Assembly: GCA_000934665.2 (NCBI GenBank)
Contig: KZ538123.1
Span: 1 to 64,000 of the forward strand
Length of the DNA stretch: 64,000 nucleotides
From: Catajapyx aquilonaris
Taxonomy: Eukaryota
Direction: 5' to 3'
Shown: one piece after another, positions 1-12,800 of the stretch
Numbering within the stretch: position 1 is the first letter of the stretch
Layout: the number at the start of each line of letters is the position of its first letter
The notes under the pieces: model-generated
Told to the model about the DNA's origin: nothing
Database searches by the model: none
Seen by the model: the letters and a program-made list of their open reading frames with translations, nothing else
Made by a program: the position numbers and the translations under genes

Positions 1-3000
1 CGCCATGCTTACTGCTGGGACGGCACAGAAACCCGAAACAGGAGATAGCACAAACTGCGAGCCCTGAACTCTAATAAGAACCGCGAATATATACCCTTGG
101 TCGCCCGGCACCAAAGGTATACCCAAAGGGGTCAAAGTTGCGAAACTACTGACTCGACAGAATCCCTGCATCTTGCGTACATGCTATTGTAAAATATACA
201 TTCCTAACATGACCCAGGGTGCAGGTAACTCTAGAACTGCAAGCTAGGCGTGACAATTGTACCCCTTGTAATTATTATGCATGATTCCTCTTTGTTCCTC
301 CCAGTTGACGAGGAGTTGTTGCCACAACTTGTGCCACAATGTTCGACCACCACTTATTTTATTCAATGTAAGTTTAAGTGAAAAATATGATGCCCAAAAT
401 ATTGTCTAAGAGCGGGTTGATTGAAACACTAAAATGGCCTCTTCCTGTGCCACTCAGGATATGTAACTGGTTGTTTACATCTTTCATGATGTACACAAGG
501 TGCGGATATTTAAAATTCCACACCATGTATAGAGATGAGAGAGTGTGTAATACCCTCCTGAGACCCGAGAAGAATTGAGTAACGCAATATCAGTTCCTAT
601 TGCATTTTCTGAACATTTTCCCAATAAGAAACGAGAAAAAAAATTTAGTTTTAAAATATCGACAACAATAGTGACAAACAACCAATGAGAACCTTGGGAT
701 TCATTTGCTGCTACAGAAGCAGAACGGATGAAAGCTGAAAATTGAAATACCCCTTAATGGATCACTAACATAGTGCTCTATCCTCAAAACAATGTTTTTT
801 AAATTCATTTGTGGAATTCGTGGTAGAAATTCCTCTCAGAAGACAATTAAAGATAAATGAAATTATTTTTTAACGCCACCACTCCAGGTATGGGGCTTGC
901 TCCTTCCCTTCTTACCCGCTAGAGTGGTACCTTGCTATTCTAGATTTTGAAACTGAACTGCATAGTGAAAAGCGCACTTCCTTATGGGTGTATAGGTACA
1001 GGCACTTAAAGAAAAGTCACACCCATTCAGCTAAAAAAAATAAAAATAGGATGTCCATTCAAATGGACATTTTGTCTCAGGAAGAAAAGAAAATTACCAG
1101 TTCCCTACAGCAACAAAGATCGTCACAGACAATTTTTTTCGTATTTCCTAATGCATATTCCTTGCGAATCCCAGGACATTCACTACATTGACGAAAATCG
1201 CACTCTAAATATGAGGGAAAAAATAAAACTTATCAGATGAGCGCCTTGCTTCAGCAGCGGCATCCGCCATTTTTTCCGCGATTTAATTTTCGCGGCCCAA
1301 GTCAGATATTCGACACTAGGTGGCTACAGCTATTGAGGCCAGATTGTAATCATGGGATACCAACAGATTACAGTTCTGTTGGCATCACTAGTTGGCGCCA
1401 AAAAAACTTTTCCAGATGTCCAGTATACTGGACGCCGGGTCTCAGGAGGGAAGTGAAAATCCTGTACTTTCTGAGCGGATTCTCATTGGCTGATTTCAGC
1501 ATGTGTGCAGATATTCATTGGAGTATCGTAATGGATAATATTCAAGTGGAAGCAGTTGGAGCAATAACATAAAACTATAGTCAATTGAATTATTTTATTT
1601 ATACATTTATTGTATTATCTGATTTGGGAAAATTGTCAATTACACATAATTATCAGCCTTCAATTTGAGTGCAACTTGTAATTATTTTAAAAACATGAAA
1701 ATAAAATCAAAATATATTATGGCACCAAGGCCAGAAAGAGACATCGACCCCTGCGGGACCCAATGAAAATGTAGAATATTAGTAAGTCAAATTTTTATTT
1801 GCAGGCTACTCACTCGGTTTTGAGAACGTCTCAATAATAATAGAAATTTCAATAATCAATTTGAGAGCAATGCAAAATAGTTTATAATATAGAACTAGGA
1901 GAAAATCGAGTTAAATCTTTTGGACTCCATATTAAATTGAATATTTTACTTTTTCAGAAATCTTATTTAAATAATCTTGAAGGGCATTAAATGACATTTT
2001 TGAAGCACCCACCAACGTTTGGTTTTTCTGCTATTTTTAGGGAGTTATGCAAACTGGTTTACATGCACTCATGCATAGGTACTATACAGTTTGGTCGAAT
2101 ATGAACAAATTCTTCTGTTCCAATGTCTTGAATATTCCAATGATCCAATGATCCAATGATCTTTCAAGTCTTTGCAGCCCAAATAATGGAGTGTCCTCCA
2201 TTACCCCTGACATGCTGGAGAGAACCTCAGGGGAGGGAGATTTTTGGCTTAAAATTATGCTTGCTAATAAAGGAGCACACTTGGAAGGCTACTGATTTTT
2301 TACATAAACTTGATGAGTGTCCCTTCTCATTTGTACAATTTCGACACCATGGTCCAGTTACTTGCGTAGTAGTAGCAAGTTGAAGCTAGGGAGGTTCATT
2401 GTGGACAGCCTGTATTTAGCGAACATTTTGATGATTACGTTATGAAAAGGTAAATGCAGATGCTTGAGATCATTAACTGGACCAATGAACAAAATTAATT
2501 TCAGAAAAATTAAAATGCACAAAATTATTCAACTTGCTCCTTGCTCTTACTAAGCTATTACCTGTAGAATACGATATTGTGTCTTCGAAGGCCTCCGTCA
2601 CAACTGCCACCCAGTACATGTTCGTTGACTCCATCAAAATACTATATGATGGCTATGCCATTTTTTGCTTGGGATGTGAGGCAATCGCAAAGTAAATAAT
2701 GAAAAACTACTTGGAGCTGGACTCCCTTCTACATGGGGATCAGTTTTTTTTACTCTCCATTTACATCATGTTCCACATACAGCTTCCAATAATTTTTATT
2801 TTGTTTTTATATTTTTAACCTGAATCCAAAGTCAGTATGATAATATTATGGAAAGACGAACGGAACATAAATTTGTTTCCACTGCTACAACTCCATGTAT
2901 AAATATCCTTCGAGGGTACCCTTCACCACAAATATTTCGCTTGATAATATCAATCTCTCTAATCCTTACAACATTTTGTCGATATTGACAAAATCGACTG

Positions 3001-3721
3001 TGTGGAAACAATGGTAAGTTTATACCAAGTGGTCTAAGATAAATTCCCCTTACCGCATCGCGAAGCAAAGTGTCTTAAGTAATAATGGCGAATCCATGTC
3101 ATGAAAAACAATTACTGATTTATATGAATGCTACTTGCGCCTAAAATTTAATCTAGTCCTTGCAAAAGTGATATTTTGGCTTAACTTTCACTGAACATTT
3201 TTCCAGCATCATGCTGCATGAGGAATTTATCATGACTACTGTACATGGTTCAATATCTCATGGACTTGGTTAACTGTACCTTTACGACGAACAGTCGAGT
3301 ACACTAAACTACATTTATCATCAGTTAATCAACTTATTCTAGTCAGGATTCTTGGTTCTGGAGACCCGAGTATATTAGAGCAAAGAGTCTGCAATAAGAC
3401 TAGTCAATTTTCCGTAAAATTCCAGGCAAAGTTCTAACCGCTTCCTGCGTAAGTCTGGGAGCCTAATGTACTGTTACGTGAATCCGTCACCAGTTCAAGT
3501 GACATTATATTCTGGGGTCATTAAGTCCAACTTGCGGAAGATGCAGGCAGCCCGTTGTATCAAAAATGTTGACGAGATAAAATATCGGCTTCATCTGTGC
3601 GTGTTTCCGCAGTCGGTTCTCCGGAGAATCCCTGGCTACCGTTGACGGCAAAATAAAGAAAGAAACATAGTTATGTGAAACGATGCCGAGGACGGCCTCT
3701 GCGTGGTTACATTTTCTTGGT

Positions 3722-3811
3722 CTACTTTTTGATTAATCCGAACAGCCATTTGCTCTTCTCCTGCGGAGGCGCCATTAGCATTGGGACTTGGTTCTTGTGA
3801 GTGATGTAAAT
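3722..3811 (-). CDS. Dgk: Dgk last coding exon ([29 protein letters not shown])
   Basis: ITHKNQxPMLMxPP terminal motif of type I DGKs; ttgcag acceptor; TAG at 3722-3724. Confidence 0.95.
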   Translation of the reverse strand: MYITHKNQVPMLMAPPQEKSKWLFGLIKK

Positions 3812-6800
3812 CTGCAAAAGAAAATGGTAAATAATAGACCGTAACAAATCCTGACACCAATAAATGGTGCCCAAATAGAGCAGTAGGTACCGTAGCCGGT
3901 GGCTGCATCCAGGGTTCGCCATCTATCTGCATTGGGAAGCGTTTACGGGTACGGATGACCACACAGGAACATTGGGCGAGACGACGTCCAGATGCGCGTA
4001 GTCCGGTTCTGACTTGGCCCATGTGCAAGCAATTTTCCAGTCCGATCACTTCGATCTTCCTATCGCCGATGTCTGAAAAGATTTTGGAATTAGTAAATCA
4101 TTGAAATGATTTGTTGAAAAAGTGTGTGCGAATTCAATACTGCAAGCAATCGTGCATGCAGCATGTGGACCAGAACTTGGGTGTTTGATCTGGTCAGCCA
4201 AGTCGTTCATTCGCATGGCACTGCTTGGAATAGAAGCTACTCATAGATTGCTTCCCTCCATATGAGTTGTTCCGTTATAGCAATGCATGTAGTGTGAATA
4301 GTGATTCATTCACCAATGGCAATACTCTCTGCCGAGAATTTGCTCAGGTTACTTTCAAATTCAAATAAACTGAGTTCCGCTTATTGTGACATTTTATTTT
4401 ATTTTCCTTTCGCCAGACTTGCCTTTTATATTCCTAAACTTTCCATACTAACTCCTGTCAAGGGAAGGAGCCAATAGGAGGGGTCGATTTGGGCCCCTAT
4501 TCGGTACTGCTGAGCTTTTTGTAAATACGACACCGGGCTAAGGTGAGGTGACTTCACTAGAAATCTGGCGACTTTTTCCCGCCAACATCGTCTAGTTTGC
4601 ACAAGGTCTGTTCCGCCAGCCTATATATTTTTACGTATATTTTTACCTCCATTTCACTATTCACACCAACATGCCCTTCTCCTCCATTCAAAATATAGGC
4701 ACCTCTCACGATTTGAGTTAAAAGCAATCTTCCGCAGGCAATCTTGATGCAGTTCATGATCTTTTGTCACATACTACCAGGTCTACCCAAGCAATGTGAC
4801 ATACAAGCCTACAGTTCATCATGTTGCAGTTAGCACCCTATATGCAGAGCAGAATCTTACAGAATCTAAGTAATCATACTGTTAAGTGTACCTGTAGGGC
4901 GATGCCCATGAACTGAGAAGTGTAGATAAAAGGCTGAGTGCGGAGCGCGAGGTGAAGAGGAGATCGGTAAAGATCTAGTGCCAGAGAAGAGCTAAGAAGA
5001 AAGTGTGATCCAGGAGAGCAGGGTGGGCCTGCGCGACGGCTAGTCACAAAATATTACAAAAGGTGATTTCCAAAGTGAATTTGCACGACAAAATCTTCAG
5101 ACGTGGCGTGGGGTCGCCTACGTCATTATGGATATGAACTGCAATCAGATTGGAGAACTCGTGGCGATTGTCGCTAACGATTGAAAGAGCTTCGTCCTAT
5201 TGTTAACTCAGCTTTCTATTGAAGGAGCGTCTCTTGTGCCGTGTTTGTCCGTGCAATTTCACCTTGGAAACCACGCCAAGCTGTGGCGTAGAGCTTGAAG
5301 GGAGTGCAGTGCAGACTCAGGGTCAAAAGCCAGAAAGGAGCAAGCCAGCAGTTAGGTATACAAACGTTTTCATTCACTTTACAAATGGTACATCGGGTTC
5401 AAAAAGTTCCTGACAAGTCTTCAAAGCCAGAGTCAGGAGAAAATAAAAGTCACTTTCATTGTTCTCTGTTGTAACCCATCAATATCAGGAACTTTTTGCC
5501 CACTATAGTTAATGTAGGAACTACACATGAACTAGACTATCGTTTGCTTTGTTGGCTGATTAGGTCGGCGTGAGGTTTAGAAAGGATGACAACACCGTAG
5601 TCTATATACACTCTGGAAACGCTTGTTACTCTTGTCAGCGGTGCATGTAAAATAACGTCTTTTCTCAAGAGTCGTTGGGTATCCACTCGTCAGCGGTTGA
5701 AAGATCGATTCATTAAAGTTGTCATGGGATGCATTATTGAGCAGCCGCCAGAAATGGGATACGCAGCGTTACACTGGATAGCTAGTGATATTGAAGTCTG
5801 GATTTTCGGTTGGGATGGGGCGCCTTCGATATAAGCAGAAGGAATGACGACTGATTACCCTTTTGATGCCCGGCCCTCGTTTCATGATGCGCTATAGGAA
5901 AACCGTGGTTTAAAAGAGAGTGGAGAAATGTGATAAACTTCTTTTCTATTCGTGAAAGGCAATATTTGTTTTGAGCGTAGAAGAAGCAACGACAAAGAAA
6001 TCAAATAACCAGTAAGTACCGACTGTACGTACACTATAAGCGGATTTGATTTCATTTAGGGGATACGATGAATATGGCAAAAAAAATCAAATTAATTTGC
6101 CACTTCGTTTGATTAAGCCAATAAGCTTCCCGCATGTAAATATTTCACTGCACCGCCAAATCGATAAAGTAGCCAAACAATGATATTTAACGGATAATTA
6201 GCAACTCTTCCTGCCGCTTTTGAAACTTTCCGGTAAGCGCACATTTTGTCACAGGCAAGCTCAGTTTCCATAATGCGTCTCTTTTTTATGCGGAATAATT
6301 CAGTTTCATGGTGATAAACAAATTACAACAACCTCAAGCATACGGTGCAAGGTCTGGTGGAATGCCCATGTTTTTCTTGGATTCAAATTCTAGGGCATAA
6401 TGAAATGCTGGCATTGCTTACATTAATGTAGTTAATGCAAATTTTCGTTTCTCAGTTGAATAAACTGCGCTTTCCGAGACACTTACTTGCAAGGGATATG
6501 ACTGTTTCAAAGCAGTTCTGTAATAAAAGTAACACTTTCGTATGCACATACAAAAAAGCACACACATAGGTGACTCAACATCTGGTTTCATAGTATAGTA
6601 ATACTGTACAACAATATTAAAGCAACAGGTGTTTATAAAAAGGCATAACATTATCATTAATCTGGTTTCTCATACAGTGTGTCCAAAGTTGAACTGATAG
6701 TGTATTTATGACCATTTTATAGTGTTTGATTTAAAATAGGATAAACACTTGCGACAGTTACCTTGGATGGCATAGTTGAGGTCAACGGAATTGCAGTTGG

Positions 6801-9800
6801 AGTTGGACATGTCCTTTCCTCGGTCCTTTTTTTTCTTCCGAGGAGCATGTTGCTTTGACCTCTTTTTGCTGTGGTTCTCACCCCAGAGATTGGATCCTCC
6901 GTGGGTGTATGGTATATTGAGCAGAGCGATGCCTTGCAGGGGAGTTCCGCTGGCCAGGTCCAAAGGGTTTCCATCACACTGAAAACGTTTGACGACATTC
7001 ATTTTAGCAAAACTCTCTTTTAGGTTGCTGTTTTCCTCGCTCATAATTCACTGGATAGTAATGGTCGAGATTAATGTCACAATTATGCTAACGCTATAAA
7101 AGTAGGCTGGCCTTAATCATTTCAGCAGCTTACGAATAATAAGTGACAAGGAAACAAAGATATTTACGCTTGAAAGATAAGAAGACCGAGAAACCTAACA
7201 AAGTTGATTGCATTATAGGCTAATTGGAGATATTTGCTCGTCGCATTAGAGGTTCCGGAAATAACGTTACGTCGCTATCCGTTTCTGTAACTGTATTTCA
7301 CGAGCTGAGTTTCTGCCGTGCCTTGTAATTATGTCGCTAAGACCCAGAATATCAGACGCGGAGGAGAGGCGGGGATAGGAGAAGTAACTAGCATATATAA
7401 TTATATACCATGGTATATATGCGATTCTCACTTCATATTGGTGAAAAAATTATTTTGTAATCCAATTTATCTCAAATTAGAGGCAATATTGTGGCAAAAA
7501 AGCGTACAAGGGATTCAATAAAAATATACGACACATACCATGATATCGATGTCTTCGTGCAGGTTTTTGCACGAAGCCGCAAATTGTTCCGAAGTCGCAA
7601 ACTCGAAGTACCACAACTTATTCTTCATACGGCTGCTGAACTTCTCTGGATTTTTCTCTCTCTCCAAATGAAATTTGACACAGATCGCCGCGTCCTGAAA
7701 ATAAACATCCCTGAAGCACATGCATGTCAACTAAAAATGATTGTAGCTTGCGGAGAATTCCCGCAAAAGTGGCGGTCTGCAGAGATTGGAATGGGTGTGT
7801 AATGCAGCAGAATGGAAGTGGAATGCGAATACTCAGCCGTGAATGGAAGGAATGCTGCTGACTAGGAACGTACACATTCTTCAACTCTGGCCACAAGGAA
7901 TGGTCGCGCTTTCCCTCCCCACTTTGAAAGACCACTCAGACGAATCAAGACATTCAGCAAATGCACGACCCCGAGCGTAACTCACCACGCCAATGGAAAA
8001 GTAGTTGTTGATAATGTTGTATGGGATGGGATCTCCTGGCTCGAGTGAGTCCTCACGAGGCATGTCAGAAACGTCAATGTGCCATCTGTCCATCATGACC
8101 GGCGTGGCCTTTGCGATCTTCTTTAGTATCTTGTGCAGTGATTCTCCTTCGTAACCTCCGCCCCAGCGCAGACAACGGGCTAAGTCGTTTCCGGTACCAA
8201 GCGGTATCACACCAACTTGAGGTTGACTAGCGAACTGGACTTTGTCTGCAAAAATCAGGTTGATTGGTTTATAGGGAGCAGGTGTTATGACTTCAAAGAT
8301 CTCCGCTGCACTACAGTAATCAAGTCGGAAAGATTAGCGCAATTTGTGCAAAAACAATCTTCAGACAACCATCTTGGAAATGACCAGGAGTTAGGATTGT
8401 TGGTCCCAGGATTCGAACCAAGGACCGAATTACATAGTCTACTATACTAGGCCGATTCTGTCAAAAAGGTGGAGTGGTACGCATTCACATGCCCCACCGA
8501 TTCGCAAATAGAGCTTTGAATAGCCCAATAACTGCATGCTGTCCCTTTGTCCGAGTGGGCTTATGTGCAGTTGACGGCTGTCACCAACTATATGGACAGT
8601 GTGCGCTGTAGTTGGTGCCATTTCGTTTTTAATACTGTATGAACAGGGTACAAGCATGTTGCAATCCTTTGTTTGACATCATATTCAGCTTTGCATGAGG
8701 GAGAAGCGCGGGGCTAGTCAAATTCAGTTTCAAATATGGCATCAGGTGCATCAAAGAGAAGGAGACTGCCACTTTCGTAATGGTCTTTTATGCGGGTGCC
8801 GTTGAGGGAAAAAGATTGCGAAAGGATTCAATAGTTGTGATTGGATACGTTAGAAACAAACATATCAATAAAAGGCTATAGCCACAATAACTGTTTAAAT
8901 GCAATTATGGCAAAGCGTATAATTTACAACCAATTTTCTTTTACATATTACTGCACAGTAACAGTGTATATCAGTGAACACTTTTTGTTCAGTAAATAGA
9001 AATATGTTCACATGTTTTCATGCGCGCATTTTTCCAATGCATGTTTCGTAGAAAGTAAAGTCTGCATTTGTTTAAAACCTTGCATCAGTGTTTGTATAAT
9101 TGCAGAATTTTATATTTGCCACTTGAACGGCAGCAGCGCGGTAGCTGATAACTGATAACGCTCGCTCTACACGTCAAATGTATGTATAACCCTGCAAATA
9201 TTCCAGTCTACGTGAACGAACCCTCTTCTGTAATAACGTGAGGAATTTCTAATTTACAAGATTGTGCAAACGAATTTATATGCCTATTTCACTTGCGTGA
9301 GTTTATGAGCAGGGTCACATCTGACTGTATACCGGATTGTACAGTAACGTTATATAGGCTTGCTGCACAATATTTAATAATTTATTGAGCAAATATGTGA
9401 TCTTTATGTCGCAAACTTGTGACACCTTCGCAACTCCTGACTATATAAATATCAGCCCAACTATGTTATCAAAGTATAACAAATGCGGCATACTGCCAAG
9501 TTCTAGTTCCAAGGTTGCCTTTTTTGCATATATACCGTGTAAACGGTATGCATAATAATGTTCCAAGAGAAACCCAAAACTGTATATATAATAACATTGA
9601 TCGCCTTCCGGATACAGAACATGTCCACTTTATTCATGCGGTTCAATAGGCTCTCAAGCTCGTATATTGGTGAGCGCATCAACTCTATCCTGTTTTTCCG
9701 CGTGTATTTTTTTTAGCAATCTAACTCCTTCAGAAGATAAACCGGGATCAACATAATATACTACGTACTACCACTAGACCTGATAAGATATCTGCTGGTA

Positions 9801-12800
9801 CACTTATTAAAAATTTCCGCAATGAAGAAGGCATACACGACAGTATATTCTATAGTCTACTAGTAAACAACTTTTGGTATTAAGTTATATTTTCTTGAAC
9901 CCTGACCTTAGCACATCCTATAAATATTTTGCACAGCCCAAATCATTTGGGAGGATGCAAGAGAAAGTAGCAAGATGTTGCGCTAACGCCAATGAAAAAG
10001 TGCAAAATTATGCATCATCACGCTCAGCAAAAGAGTTGAGCGCAAGTGTCCAGGGTTCCGGTAGTGGAACATTCAAGTAGAAATAACCACTCAGTGTAAT
10101 GCATTGTCCCAGACGGTAATGTGTCCGCATTTTTAGAAAAGTTTCGGCGAGAATTTATCCCACATTTTTATGGCACCCACGACACCTATTTGGTCTTACA
10201 CACTGGTTGTCATAGTAAGTGATGATTCATTAAGCTCTTTTTAAAGGGCAAACTGGAACTGTGCTTAGGAATATCGTTATTTTTTAAAGTATGGACAATC
10301 TTTGTAGTAAAAAATAGCAATATTAGTTTTACAATAGCCTACTGGGTCATTTGATATGCGCATGGTCGTCTTCTCTTAAAACGGCTGAAAAACTGGAACC
10401 ATTAAGTTAGAAATATTACTATACTTTTCTATAATAGTTCATCCTACATGCGACTAGTGATTGGACAACATACCCATATTTTCCAAGACCCATCCAACTG
10501 TTCCGTCTCCTCCGCAACAGATGACGCGAAATGACTGCACATCTTTGAACATCTGCAGCCCCGCCATGGGGCCTCCTTTGGCCAAGTTGAACACCTGCCT
10601 TGGATTCAGCAGGTACTGGAACTTACGCATAATCTTCAGTCCCTGACGACCTCCCGACTTTGGATTGATAAATACCAGCAAAGGTCTGTTACCGGGTACA
10701 GACGCGATTTGAAAGGACGGTCCCAGAGCAGCATTTGACTGCAGAGGCATAGGAAGCTGTTGTCAATAATTAGTAACCTGTTCTGAAATTAACCAATGGC
10801 TTACCAAATGGCCATCGGTGGGTGTCTGACTCTCGGTGCGTTGCAACGAACGCTTTTCCTTGGTGAAGGAACGTTGACGATCCAACACTACAGGGCAGAT
10901 GGAGGTGGGTGGTAAGATATGCGTGCGATGTTCCCCCATGCTGCATTCCGGCTTCACTTGAGATGCGCATCGATTGTGGAGCTGCGGATACGTGGAAGTG
11001 TATGCGACACAAATCTAGGAAATTGGGTTTACACCACTATATTTCAGGCGGAAAATAATTTAGCGGCTCATTGCGTTTTGATATTAAAATGTTTTGATTG
11101 CTAAAGGGAAGCGGTACATTTTCTCATTGTCTGCAATCAAGTCTGTCAGAAAGTGCAACCTTCAGACCGGACGTAGTAGCTCATAAAAACCATATAAAGG
11201 AAGGACGTTACGGCATGATGCTCCAGATCGCTGGCTTTTAGCCTTTCATTTTTATTTTTTATTTTTGAATTAAAACGCTACCATAAAAGCTGGAACCAAG
11301 TAACGTCCAAATATCAGCCTAAAAATAAACCGCATCTGGCTAAGTATCGGGAGATTGAACTGTACTAACAGTGATTTGGCACCATCGGCAGTGCAGACCA
11401 GAGATCCCATTGTAGCTCTTGATGGTCTTCTTGCACTTGGCACACTTCCCATGACAGTTTCCCTCCACCCAGTGATGTAACATCACCTGAGACGTCTTTT
11501 TGGACTTGACATACGTGGCAATGCAAGACGGCGGAGCTCTCTGAACGCACCGTTCGTGCACGGTATACTTGCAGACTAGAATGACAAGTGGTCAATCATT
11601 CGACAGCACCATTTCTACCATGCTGATGCAGTATTTTGTGTACTTACACACGCAGCACAGGCCCTTTTTCCCAAGACCCACCAGCATGTTGAGGCAGAGG
11701 TTGCAGTAAGCAGGTTTGCTGAAGTGTTTCAGACGCCACAGATGGTTTCCATCTTCCTTCATATTCTACACACGAGAAGTAGGGTGGTGGGGTGGACATA
11801 GAGAGAAAAAAAAAGCCAACGAGATCAAAGGAAAACGCAAAGGGGTCGGATGTTTCAATTGCCGCTAGAGCATGTTATGTATTCGATACAGCTCACGGAC
11901 AATTTATTTATAAATACGCTAGAGTGTTGACAGTACCAAATGAGATTAAAAGAGGCCCGGATTCAGGCTGATCAATTTTGAAAACATTTTCAAGTGCAGG
12001 GTTGCAGAAAGGGTGCATAAATTTGGAGGCCAGATTATTTACCCGGATAATGAAACGGAACTAGTGAGGGAGTGGAATAAAAAATGGCCGCAACTCGCCA
12101 TTCGTTATCTGACGAAAAAAAAACGGTTCTACGCGGCCTATTTGTTAGCGTTTTATAGGACAGGAAATTGGCCATGGCTGTCATTGCGAATGTCTATCGT
12201 TAATGGCCATTTAAACGTATGTTCTCAGTGCGGCAATATGTATCCCCGCCGGGATTCGAACCCGGGGCCGTGCGCGGTATATCCACGCCCGTGCTGCACC
12301 AACGAGCTCCGGGGACCTCTGAAGCACTCAGAACAAGCATAATTACTATGTTTAAATGGCAGTTTACAGGTCATAAGCATAAAATTACCCATAACCCCCC
12401 ATTCCCCCAACCCATTCTCCCATAATAAAACCAGAAAGGTATTTATCTATTCACCAGCACACTATGTTTGTAAAGTGGAAATCTCTTCGCGACCTCCCAA
12501 CAATATTCAGAGCCCCTGGATTATGCAACGTTGTTTGAGAGATTTTAGGAACAAGTTATGAGATGCAACTCCACGACCAGGCAGAAAAATAACTGCAGCT
12601 CCTAAGAATAGGCTTTTGTGCTGAACATCCCTCACTGCGAAATTTCTAGCCCCATATTTTCCCCGCAAGTGTCAGATTTGCCTCTACATTTTTCATGAAA
12701 ATAGAATGCATGTTTTCTAAAGCAAAACTTGTTTCCAAACATTTGTAAGCAGACTACTTTTTTTGCTATGAATTTTTGAATGCTAGTATCGGGTGGCGAA

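Noticed and set aside
4893..5057. TG...CA bounded, purine-rich segment as a solo LTR
   Set aside because: No TSD, second copy, PBS or PPT found
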